Assembly: GCF_009914755.1 (NCBI RefSeq)
Contig: NC_060930.1
Length of the DNA stretch: 64,000 nucleotides
Source: the human T2T-CHM13v2.0 reference genome, Homo sapiens
Strand: one strand, 5' to 3'
Shown here: positions 1 to 26,542 of the stretch, piece after piece
Layout: the number at the start of each line of letters is the position of its first letter
How positions within the stretch are numbered: position 1 is the stretch's first letter
The notes under the pieces: model-generated
What the model saw: only the letters and a program-made list of their open reading frames with translations
What the model was told of the DNA's origin: nothing
The model's database searches: none
Translations under genes and position numbers: made by a program

Positions 1-14
1 TCTAAATGACAGGT

Positions 15-19
15 GTCTG

Positions 20-67
<48 letters not shown>

Positions 68-157
68 CTATCTATACCTATCTAGATATAGATATATCTC
101 TATATAGATATATATATATATAGATATATATATATATATCTATATAGAGATATATCT
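15..157. repeat. Compound microsatellite (TCTG/TCTA)n followed by an AT-rich (TA)n-based palindrome
   Basis: About 12 TCTA units from ~19, then a TA/GA-rich tract in which 90-122 is the exact reverse complement of 125-157. Confidence 0.95.
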
Positions 158-235
158 CCTCTTTTACAGTTATCCAATTTGGAGCTGTATTTCACTCAAC
201 TTTAAATTATCTTGGAGCATTTCAAAGGAATAACA

Positions 236-462
236 GGAGGTGAGGTCACCCCACTGATTGCCAGGGTTGACTTGGCTGATCGGGCTGGCTAGGCGGGTGT
301 CCCCTTCTTCCCTCACCACTCCATGGGCGTCCCTCCCGAAGCTGCACACTTGGTTGAAGAGGATGACCATCCCTGATAGAGGAGGACTGGTCTTCGGTCA
401 AGGGTGTACAAGTAGCTGCGCTCCCCTGCTAGAACCTCCAAACACGCACTCAAGGTCCATTT
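236..462 (+). pseudogene. 7SK snRNA retropseudogene (RN7SK-derived), 3'-truncated, no poly(A) tail
   Basis: Close match to 7SK as I recall it (GTCACCCCAcTGATtGCCAGGGTTGA...GGCTAGGCGGGTGTCCCC...CCCTCCCGAAGCTGC...GGTCTTCGGTCAAGGG...CTAGAACCTCCAAAC...CAAGGTCCATTT). Flanked by direct repeat AAAGGAATAACAG at 224-236 and 463-475. Confidence 0.93.
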
Positions 463-863
463 AAAGGAATAACAGTGGCATCGATTCTCTGTTCTATTTC
501 ATCTGTCCTTTTCCAGCAAGAAGAAAAGAGACCCTACTGGTTTTTGGCTTCTTTTCCTCCAAGGGCGATGCCAGGTTAAAGAGAAAATGAGAGGAGAGGA
601 GGCCAGGGAGGGTTGAATTTAGTGTGCAAGTCCATTCTTCCATTCCGTGACACTCATATTTGGGTTAAATACCTAAGCATCCTTGGAGGAAGTTGGAGAG
701 CCTAATATTGGTTTTAATTCTGAGTGTAGTGGTCCCTGTCCCCTCCCTTTCAGGAAAAATAGAGGAAAGTAGCCTGCTTTATTGCAGCCATCTGTCCACT
801 GGTCCCGCCTCCAGACTGCCCACTCCGAGGCCTCTCCCGTTCTCTTCCTGTGTCACTGCTTGG

Positions 864-1000
864 TTTTTTGTTTTTGTTTTTTATAGAGATGGGATCTTGC
901 TGTGTTGCCCAGGCTGGTCTCGCACTCCTGGCCTCAAGCAATCCTCCCATCTCGGCCTCCCCAAGTGCTGGGATTACAGGCATGAGCCACCTCGCCCGGC
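864..1000 (-). mobile_element. Alu monomer (FLAM-like)
   Basis: Single Alu left arm with T-rich tail. Flanking repeat CCTGTGTCACT at ~847 and ~1000. Confidence 0.85.
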
Positions 1001-1424
1001 CTGTGTCACTACTTTGTGCTGTCACACTGTGGACCACTGTTTCCATGTTTTAATCCTCTCCACATGTGGCTTTGCTGCCACTTTCTCCCTCATTGCCCCT
1101 AATCCCTGTCCATTCCCAGGGTCCTTTTTCAGATTCCTCTTCCTCAGGGTTCCAGGCCATTCTTATTTCATGGACATCATTCCGTTCGGGTGATCCCACA
1201 GATTCGCACTGCATCTTTCATCTTGTGGGCACCATGACTTTGGACTCCTCCCTCACCTTCGTCACTACTGCATCCATCTGTTTTGTTGCTTCAGTCTCTT
1301 CCTCCCGTCATCACAGCCTGGTTGCCTTTTCTAAATCACAGTCAAATTCGGTGCCACCATCCCCTGCCTCAAGCCTCCAATGGCTCCCTATAGTCTTCAG
1401 AACCAGCAGCACAAAGTTCTTTTT

Positions 1425-2960
<1,536 letters not shown>

Positions 2961-3267
2961 ATAATTTGTTACAAAGTCTTTAACATGTCATTCAAGACCC
3001 TTTATAAATATTTTTAGTTTCATCTCCAGTGTTGTCTTCCCCGCCAAGCCCCCAACTCCCGGACCTCCCTAAGTAAACTCCGAACCTCATAGCTGTGAGG
3101 AACCCACTCATGATTGCCCAAATGTCCTGCTCTTGGCATCTCTGCCTCTGCCCATGCTCGTCTGTCCCTATGGACCGCCTTCCTTTGTGCCCCAGGTAGG
3201 GAGTGTCCCCTCATCCCTTCAGAGACCAGCTCCAAGGCTACCTCAGAGGTGAGCCAAACTAGAGCTG

Positions 3268-3354
3268 CCCACTCCCGCCACTGGGCGTGTCCACCACCCA
3301 CTCCCGCCACTGGGCGTGTCCACCACCCACTCCTGCCACTGGGTGTGTGCACCA
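3268..3354. repeat. Minisatellite, 3 x 29 bp (CCCACTCCCGCCACTGGGCGTGTCCACCA)
   Basis: Units at 3268-3296 and 3297-3325 are identical; 3326-3354 has 3 substitutions. Confidence 0.92.
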
Positions 3355-3852
3355 TCCATGACTGAGCTCCCGAGGCCAGGGATAGTATCTCATTTAGATC
3401 CCTGGGTGTTTTGCGTAATAAATATGGAGCAACAACTTGGTAAATATTTGTTGAGTGAACCATTCTGATTTGGGAAAACACGTTTTCTATCATCCATCTA
3501 TGTATTATACAGCAAAATGTTTCCTATAATTCTTGCCTTGGGTGGTGATGTCTTCCTCTAAAAATCCTAATTTAACAAAAACAGAGAATGGAAATGATAA
3601 AAGAAAGTCTCCTGCATTGGACAGTGACCTTAGGTCTCATCTTTACTCCTGCTTTTATCCTAATTGATGACTTTTCTTTGTAAATGCAGACACACAGAGG
3701 CTCGCTGGGCAGCTGGGCCGTGCACCCTGTCCTTGATCATTCTTAGAGGTAGAGATCAAAGGAGACCCATTGGCTGAGAGAGTCTACAACTTGCCACATG
3801 ATCTATTGCTCTGCCTTGTGATTTTAATTGCCTCTTTAAGAATATCAAATCA

Positions 3853-4151
3853 GGCCGGACGCAGTGGCTCATGCCTGTAGTCCCAGCGCTTTGGGAGGCC
3901 GAGGCGGGTGGATCACCTGAGGTCAGGAGTTCAAGACCAGCCTGGCCAACACGGTGAAACCCCGTCTCCACTAAAAATACAAAAATTAGCCGAGCATGGT
4001 GGCATGCGCCTGTAATCCCAGCTACTTTTGGGAGGCTGAGGCAGGAGAATCACTTGAACCCGGGGGTCAGAGGTTGCAATGAGCCGAGATCGCGTCATTG
4101 CACCCCAGCCTGGGTGACAAGAGCGAGACTCCATCTCAAAAAAAAAAAAAA
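3853..4151 (+). mobile_element. Alu (AluS-type)
   Basis: GGCCGGACGCAGTGGCTCA...poly(A). Flanking AAATCA repeat. Confidence 0.92.
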
Positions 4152-4993
4152 TCAAATCAGATGTGTTAGCGTCTTCATGAATGTCATAAAAAGAAATGTT
4201 TCAGTGCCAAAACTGAACAGCAGTACAGTGACCTTTGAAAATGTTGTTTAGGGTATTAAATGTGTAACTAGTGACATTTTGTGTGTTTTTCTTTTTCTTC
4301 CTATCCAGCTCAGTGGAATAGCTGTTGCTTGTCCCAGTGTTAGAATTTGGACTGATAGAAAGGAGAGGAGCTGGAGATTCATTCTGCTCTGCAAGGGCAG
4401 ACTCGATTTCAGAAGTGGCACCAGATGATAGCCTTGTGTTGTCCCCAACCACTGGTGCTGAGAAATGATGCAGAACCAAGCCCTCAGATCCCAGATCACC
4501 CACGGCTCCTGGGACATCTCTGGGGAAGGGACTTATTAATGTAGACCCTGATGCAACATCCCAAGTCGTCTTTATCCATGATTTGCACAGCCAGGACACT
4601 CTGGGGCTGGGATTGGGAGGAGAGGAATGGCCAAGTTGCCCTGCCGCCTTGGCTCTGTGGACTCCAGAAGGATGGTCAGTACCAGCAGCATTTCACACAC
4701 ACCAGCCTCATTATTAAAATTGGAGCAATTTGTGAAATAGAGTTGAGACTTCTCTAGAGAAAAAAGGTTGGGAAGCAGCTCAGTGGCTGGGTCTGGGAGT
4801 CAGCTTCCAGGCAATATCTCACTGAGTCAGGACAAGGCCCATCATTCCCTGTTCCCGCCAGGCCGGGTATTTGCCAGGATGTGAAACGGAAGCCAGGCTT
4901 TTGGAGAGGCTGAAGCTGATTTTTGTAACAAGGTCTGGTTACCAGCAAGGAAGCGGTTTTCACGTTGCTCACTCTGGGCCCGAGTGTGGTGCA

Positions 4994-5011
4994 TCGCGCC
5001 CCCTGGTGCCC
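4994..5011 (-). promoter_or_regulatory. CTCF consensus motif
   Basis: Reverse complement reads GGGCACCAGGGGGCGCGA, matching the CTCF core CCACCAGGGGGCGC at 13/14, in a locally CpG-retaining non-repeat patch. Confidence 0.65.
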
Positions 5012-5979
5012 AAAAAGCGCAACTACGTGCCATGCCAGCCAGCTCTCCTGGACTTCCATTTTTCCCTGATTCTCCTGTTCCTCGCCCACCCTTCTCTTTG
5101 CTGTGCCCACTGTGGTCTACGCCGAGGCTCCCCTCCCTCCTCCCTGCCCCAAGCAATAATGAACAAGATCTTCATTCTCTGAAGAGAAGTGCAATAGTAA
5201 AACTTTCCTTTTTGTTTGTGTAGGGGAAGAGCTGGTGTTAATGGGTCAGGCAGGCAAGGCATGAAGTGATAAATAGGGAAAGGATGAAAGAAGGGAACAA
5301 ACCCAGGGGACCTAACGGACCCACCCTAACAAAAAATTGGAGTACAAAAAAAGTGTATTAAAATTGTGAGACCACACCAACTCATTCGTCACTCGTGTCT
5401 TTACAAAGAACAAACCTGAAGCTTCAATGAGAAAGAATTGAAGTATTCTAGGGCTGCCTGAAATCTTCTGAACTTTTAACATAGGCTTTGATTTCCAAGT
5501 TGTGTGCTTGCATGTTAGAGATATGATAGTGTCTAAAAATTGGAACATGGCATAGTTTGATCTAAAAAGTTAGCTAACTTCTGCCATTTAGAAAAAGACC
5601 CCATGCTCAAGTCTGCTTTTGAAAAGTTGCCTTGGTCAAGTGTTGAAGACAGCACTTGTTAGAAGGAACAAGTTCACTTCTGAGAGCCCTTCTCAAAGAG
5701 TTTAGGAAACAGCACTACTGAGAGTTGCCAGTCCTCAGAGCAGTGCAACGTGTGTGTATGCGTAAGACACAGATGGTGAAAATATCAAATGCTACAGATG
5801 CCAAGAAGGGAGGTGTTGGCACCACACCAACCTTTAAACAAACATAAGGATGCAGAATGCAGTCTTTAAAATGGAGGGAGAATTTACTGTCTGTGTGGCT
5901 ATTTCCTTGAAATGACTTAAAAAGCTGAGATACAGAAGTATTAGTAAATCGGTGCCAGGAATGAAGTAACCGTTTAGAT

Positions 5980-6600
5980 CCAATGCGCCGGCTCCAGCAT
6001 CGAACTCATGCCCAGCACCCTTTAAACCCTCCCGGGACTCTGCAGAACCCGCTGACCACTCACAGAGCCCAGCTCGGGGAAGGGCTTTAAGGTGAAGCAC
6101 GTGACCCCCTGCTTGTGCGGCCCGGGCGGGGAAGTTTGCGCTCCCGAAGTCCTGGAGCTCAGCAAGGGAGGGGCCAGCGCCAGCCCGCGTGTGGGTGGCT
6201 GGGTGGGGGCGTGGGTGGGGGTCCGCCTATAATTATCTGGGGAAATGCATCCGCGCTCTGCTTTTCGCTGCGGCAGCTCCGAGGGCACCTCCGGTTCTCC
6301 CCCATCCTCCGGGAGTGTCTGGGCGCTCAGTCCGCTCTGATCCCGCCGAAACCACCTGCGGTTGGCAGGCAGGAGACTAGGCGTCTGCCGGGGAGGGCAG
6401 GGACCCGCTAAGCTGATCTCCTGTACAGTAGTGCTACTTAAAATATGCTGGGGACCATCACCATCACAGGTAAGGCACAAGCCAGGTCGCTTTTGTCCTC
6501 CCTGGACGGCAGGCACGGGGCACGAAAAGGGGCTTTCTTCCGTTGAATGAGCGTTTGGTGGGGAGCCCGGGAGGTCAGTGGCGGGACCGTTATTGGCATT
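5980..6600 (+). promoter_or_regulatory. AKAP12: CpG-rich promoter and 5'UTR of AKAP12 beta isoform
   Basis: High CpG density. USF-type E-box CACGTGAC at 6098-6105, GC/GT boxes at 6193-6221, TATAAT at 6228-6233, all upstream of the MLGTITIT start. Confidence 0.85.
6445..6469 (+). CDS. AKAP12: AKAP12 beta-isoform first coding exon (MLGTITIT + 1 nt)
   Basis: ATG CTG GGG ACC ATC ACC ATC ACA G|GTAAGG, a strong phase-1 donor. Joins acceptor at 29284 to give [18 protein letters not shown], the known isoform-2 N-terminus. Confidence 0.93.
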
Positions 6601-7366
6601 TATTTCTCTCCGTGTACTGAGTTTTTCTTCAGAAGAACATTCTCCCTTGGGCTCAGCAAGAATCAGACAACCTCAGTGTTTCATTTTTGGCTGAGCTGGA
6701 ATCTTCTTGACTGTGCCTATGGGAGACCTTTAGTATATTTTGTTCGGGGTTGTACCCTTCCCCTTAGGGAGAGAGGGATGTGGAGAGGAACAACAGCAGC
6801 CGACTGAATAGAAATATGTCAGATTTGTGTGAATTTGAAAATAAGCTGTGAAAGCTTAATCTCTTGCCGTAGTCATAGACAGAATACATTCCTCTTCTGG
6901 GCAAATTACAAGTGTTTGCATTTTGACTTGTTTACTAGGAACTTTGAATAAAGGTACACTTGGTGGTTTAGGGGACTAACATTTAAGCTCTGCTTTAAGT
7001 GGTGGTTTTAATAAAGCCATAGTTATTATAAAATCGGTGGCTAGGAAGCAACACTATTTAGGCAACAAATAGTAAAAAAAAAAAAAAAAAGAAAAAAAGA
7101 AAAAAGTATGTTTCTTTAGCTTACTTTCTAGGAATCTGGCCGTGAGTATGAATTATAATATTTACTGCCTACTTCTAGCAAATAACTTACACGCATCAAA
7201 CTTTTAGAATGCTCTTACAGCTCCTCTAACTTGACATTTGATAGTCTTATGCCATTGTACTGTGGCCTAACCTGCGTATTTTCTCTTCCTGTCATCAAGA
7301 AAATTAAATTCCGTTTGTGAATTTAACTTTATAGGAACAGGACTTCTTTATTCTTTAAATATTTGA

Positions 7367-10895
<3,529 letters not shown>

Positions 10896-12191
10896 CACAC
10901 CAGGTCCAATGATGATGTCACCTATATGCTCCAGTATTGGATCCTTGCTTTTATGAATATGCATATATCTCCGCTTGGAGGTTTTCTGGTTAATGAGCTT
11001 TAGAACAAGGGAGATTGGGTGCGTAGCCTATAAGGGATGGACTTAGAATGCAGAGAATTCCTGGAAAAATTCCAGGACAATGCTACGAATCTTGGGGGAA
11101 AGATAACTAGTTCCAGATGTTACTGTAAGCCGTCCTGATGTGCCTGGGGATGGGGAGCACTGGTGATTCTCAGCCTGAAAAATGAACATGTCGTTTCTGC
11201 AGTATCGTACTTCTTTTTCTCAACCAAAAATGATGGTGCTGGTGTCACTGAAACCTGATAGCTAAGTTTTGGATAAAAACATTAATATTTTGTAGTATAT
11301 AATCAACATATTCCTTTAAAGTTTTTTTTTCTTTTAAGCCTCTAAAAGAAAACAATTTATAATTTATCTCTTAATCGCTAAGTATTTGGAAAAGTGAGAA
11401 AAAAAAGATGATGCTCCAGGTTTTGAACACACGGGCTGTCTCTACATTATATGGAGCTTGCGGATGGGGAACACATAGCCAGCAGGGACCACTGTAGCTT
11501 AGCCCTTCTTGGGATCATGGAGCGTTTGCAGCTTTGGGGACGGGGAGATTATGGAGATTTTCGAAAGGAAAATGTGTATTTGCACATACACGTTATAGAC
11601 CTGGAGACTGATTTTATAAATCGGGATTCACAGAACATTTATCTGGAGATAAACCCAGGTTAATAGCAGGTAACAACACCTCAGTGTGAAACACTTCAGT
11701 AATTCTTGGCCCAAGTGAGGTTTTTGTACATGAAATGATTTCAAGTTTTGATTTCTTACTACATCACTAAAGATGTAACTTTTCATATATTTTCACATTT
11801 ATTTGACTCCGTTAATATTCCATAGGACTTTTTTTTTAACCTTGAAGGGGCTTGTTATGACAAAGCTGTTTAAAATATTAAAAAGCACCTAGTTTGTTAT
11901 TATTGAAGAAGTGTTATAATTTTTTTTATAATGTTGTAATTGAGAATAGTTTATACTCTTAAAAATAGGGTGAGAGGTGTTCAGTCCAGGAAGTATCTCC
12001 TCTGTTTCACTTTCCACACTTATTATTAAGGATAACTTTCATTTATCTTAGAAAAACATAAAGCAAAAGCCTACCCAAGGTCTCGCTTGGCAGTGATAAC
12101 TTCAAGTTATTTTTCCTTCCGGAATGTTGTAGCATGAAGTAGCTTCATCCATATCCAGCCTTTATTTTTACTGCATCTTTTTAAAAGTTTT

Positions 12192-12932
<741 letters not shown>

Positions 12933-14004
12933 CAGCCCTGCATCTTATATGCACTATATCCATGCAGAGATCCCTCCTTCTTGGGTATATTCAGAAAATT
13001 AAGTGAATGAAAGCTTTCTCTACATCTTCTTTAAAATTATCATATCTTTTCCAAGTAATGTTTTCAGCATATTGACCCTGTCTCACACAAGCATGTGATT
13101 AGGTGTCTCCACCCAGAAGAAGGGTATAGAAATATTTGGTTTCTGTAGTAATATTCTCTTGAGAAACAAGGCATGGATGATGTTGTTTCACTAATGGTTG
13201 ATGTCGAAAGCCCTGTCAATACAAGACTGTATCACACATGGGTATGTGGCCTGTTGGAAGGATTAGTCTTTTTCCTGCGCTTTGAAGTGTCTACAGGGTG
13301 GGAAAAGACCAGTGACTAGCAGGACAGTACGAAGACGGAGGTGCCTGTGAATTCGGGCTCCAGAGGCTTCTACGGGGGACACACCGACCACTCCCTTTAA
13401 CATTTTGGCCATCTTTGTGACCTAGTGGGATGCTGGAATTGTTTCTGGCCGAACCTCAGCACCAGTGAGTACGTGAGCACCACGACTGGGCTTTCTGGGC
13501 ATGGGAGAGACTTGGGCGGATAGCAGCGTGTTTAAAAATGGCGGGGTCATTCAATCACACATGAGTTAAAAAACTATACATTGTGTGGAAAAGACCACTC
13601 CAAAATCAGAGGAGGTTTTAGGGGCACCAAAAAGTACATCCACATATCAGTGATCCCAAATCAAAGATGGAGCTTTTTGGTTTTCCTCTTTGTAGCCAGT
13701 CGGACAAATCTAAGGCAGATGAAAATTCCATAGGAGTTTTGAATTAAAAGAAGCGCCCTAACGGAAAGCTGTGATGAAGGGTGGTTGTGAATGGATTCCA
13801 CTGTGCCAGGCCTGCACGGGTTAGCACTGGCTGCCTGTCCTGGAAGCCCCCTCCATTATTTTTAGAGGCCTCTTATCAATCACTCCCTTCACTCCCAGCA
13901 GTGGGAGTGGGTTGAGCCTCTGGTCTGAGCCTCTCCTGCCTGCCGCCCCCACATCTTTTAGGCTATTTTATAATGCATTTAACAGCCTCCCGCTGTGTTC
14001 ACTA

Positions 14005-15519
<1,515 letters not shown>

Positions 15520-15985
15520 TTCAACATTTTGTATTGGCGATTTTCAGTGACTTCTGGTCCTGAAAATCAAGAGCTTTCTGGTTCAGCAGAGCTGAAAGCT
15601 GTTCAATACTGCCCTCTTCTGTCCAAAACTCATTCAGGCATTTGGACAATGATTTTATACTCGGGAATGTTTTTGACAAAGCGTGATGGTGAAAATTGGA
15701 CATTATCTAACCATGGGGACAGAAAAACAAATTGTGCAGCCATTAGGTCTTAGTTTTGAAGACTTTATTCAGAAAACAACACAAATAGTGATTATCTGGA
15801 TGTTGTACTTATGAAAAATTTTCCCTATTCTCTGTATTTTAAAGTCTTCTACAATTTATACTGATTATGTTTGGAATTGGCAAAAAGTAAAATAAGTCGT
15901 TCTACTCTGAAGAAAACAAGCAAAAATATTAAAGTTTTTGTTATTTTTATAGAAAGCCAACTGATACTTCATCCTCATAACCAGC

Positions 15986-16040
15986 CTTAGTGTCCTCACC
16001 TATAATGTAAGTGACTTATGTTATAGGTGAGGACACTAAG
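15986..16040. repeat. 55-nt near-perfect inverted repeat (MIR-core derived)
   Basis: CTTAGTGTCCTCACCTATAA (15986-16005) is the exact reverse complement of 16021-16040. Inner TAAGT/ACTTA also pair. Confidence 0.9.
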
Positions 16041-16052
16041 AACAGAGATTTT

Positions 16053-17480
<1,428 letters not shown>

Positions 17481-17823
17481 CTAAGAACAGAGATTTTGCC
17501 CAAGGACCCGGTGCTAGTAAGTGGTACAGCTAAAATTTAAACACCAGTCTGTCCCCAGAACTTCTGCTCTTTAATTTTCTTCCCCTCTGCCTGAATTTTT
17601 TTTCTCTCTTTGGTGGGGGAAAGTTAAGTCGTTTTCTTGTTGTTTAATACGTAGGTAAAATTTATATTATGGTATGTAATGTGAAGCAAATATCGGATAG
17701 CCTCCTCTAAAATCAGGTTGGGTAAATCATCACTCTATATTTTGTTGTTTTCTATAATTTTTAGTAGTTATCTGCAATTCCGAGTGCATTCTTCCAAGTG
17801 ATTTTTTAAAAAAAATAACTTCA

Positions 17824-21125
<3,302 letters not shown>

Positions 21126-21317
21126 ACAGATGACTATTTTTGAAGTCCCAGTTGGAGGGAGCAGGTGAGCTCCACCTTCTAGCCCATAAGGCTCTGTAAG
21201 TGATGGCTTTGTGATGGGAACTTGACTGATAGCCTCATGGGCGAATACTCAAGAACTTAAAGCTCTTTACAACCAAGCCAAACCCACGAGCAGGTTCCAC
21301 CATGCCTTGACCATTGC

Positions 21318-21928
<611 letters not shown>

Positions 21929-21959
21929 TCGAGGCCCTTTTTCTTTTAAATTAAGTGTC

Positions 21960-22720
21960 AGGGAAGTTCAGCGGCGGCTTGGCAGTTGGTTAGCAGGATG
22001 GTTTTCGGCCTCAGCAGGCTTGGGTTTGAAGAGACCCCACTGGGGCGGTCCGCAGGACCCCCGGGGGTTTCCTGGGAGGTCGAGGGCTGGCGCCGGGCGC
22101 GGGGAGGCTGCGTCTTTTGTGATGTTCGCGGCTGGCTTCCCGGGCCCAGGCTTTCGCGAGCTATGGCAGCCGGCAGGGGCGCGCTGGGCCTCACGGGCGG
22201 CTGTTGGGCTGCCCCTGCCGGCGGGCTGCGCGCGCCATGCCCTGGTGGAGTAAACTCTGCAGTGAGTAGCACGTGCACCCAAGCGGCAGTTCGCCCCGCA
22301 GCGATGGCGGACACGGAATCCCGAGGGCCACCAACTGTCCCTTAGGACCGGCCCGAGATGGGTGTGTGTGGGTTTTCCAGCCTCCTTCCTTCCCGTCCCA
22401 GGCTTGGGAAAGCCTCTCTACTGGCCAAGGCGCGCAGGGACAGGTCGGGAAGGGCCTGCGCCCGTGGCATCCCAGCCCAGGCTGTAGAGCCGCCCGCTGC
22501 CCTTGATCTTGCCCCAGCCCCCAGCCCTAGAAAGGAAAGGCCTCGTTCTGGGTCCCGTGACAGGTGCCAAAACGCTCTGCGCCAGCAGCCTACCTCCCGG
22601 AAGACTCTGGCTTGAAAGGGGAGTCGGGGGGTTGGAATGGACATGGCTGTGGCTGCGGTCAGCTGGGGAGGTGGGCGGCAGGGCAGGTCGAGGATGACCC
22701 AGGCCTCAAAAAGTCACCAG
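21960..22720 (+). promoter_or_regulatory. AKAP12: Intragenic CpG island; probable AKAP12 gamma promoter
   Basis: Abrupt GC/CpG enrichment in non-repeat DNA. E-box GCACGTGC at ~22269. Contains ATG-G|GT micro-coding exon end. Confidence 0.75.
22358..22361 (+). CDS. AKAP12: Probable AKAP12 gamma first-exon coding bases (ATG + G)
   Basis: GAG ATG G|GTGTGT is a phase-1 donor. Splicing to 29284 gives [11 protein letters not shown], consistent with the shortest (gamma, ~1677 aa) isoform as I recall it. Confidence 0.7.
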
Positions 22721-23368
22721 GATTTAGCAAAGTTGCCCTCACTGTAAGGCCTGGAGGCCGGCAAAGTGTGGGACGCAGAACAGAATGGAACAGGCCTCAA
22801 CACTTGGGCTGCGCCATGGGGAGTGTGAAGCCCAGTGATGGGGCAGGCTGGAAAGTACGGTCTAGGCTTCAATGCGGGTTCCAAGCCCAGTGGGTGGCCA
22901 CACGATCGCATGTGTTTTGGGGTCAGGATCTCAACAGCGCGGGTACAGATATAGGTACCTGCCAGACTAGGTAGGTTAGAAGACTATTCTCTAGGCCCTG
23001 AAGCCATTAGGAGTCCACAGCCTGTTGATGTGATAGAAGCGGTATTTTAGGAGGCTTTGCTTAGCAGGTACCTTGTATGGAGTGAGTAGATTGCCCCAGC
23101 ACAGAGGGTACGTGGAGGCCGAAATCAGGCTGAAGCACAAAGCATGGAGGCGCCCGAAGATTGTTCTGACAATTGTAGCTCTTAGGATTACTTAGGTTAA
23201 AAGAGACTGCAGACTAGTTGACCAGCTACAACTTAAAATTTTTCTATATACATTTTATTATGTGTTCAACTCATAACTCACTTACTCTATATAAAGAGAG
23301 CATTTGATTATTGTTAAGCTGTACTGAACTATCAATAGCTGTTCAGTAACAGCTACCTTAGATACTGA

Positions 23369-26400
<3,032 letters not shown>

Positions 26401-26462
26401 ATTCAGACAAGCAAAACTAAAATAAATGACATTTGCATCCCCCAGAGATCATATGTGAAGGA

Positions 26463-26527
<65 letters not shown>
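26463..26527. repeat. Compound (TG)n(AG)n microsatellite
   Basis: About 19 uninterrupted TG units followed directly by about 13 GA units. Confidence 0.95.

Positions 26528-26542
<15 letters not shown>

Noticed and set aside
170-464. ORFs at 170-370(-) and 258-464(+)
   Set aside because: Overlap the 7SK pseudogene and have no coding features
11451-11663. Non-repeat 70-aa ORF ending CCA G|GTTAAT, which would be phase-compatible with the AKAP12 giant exon
   Set aside because: Weak donor (+3 T), no promoter features, no known isoform. Expected by chance; would need junction reads
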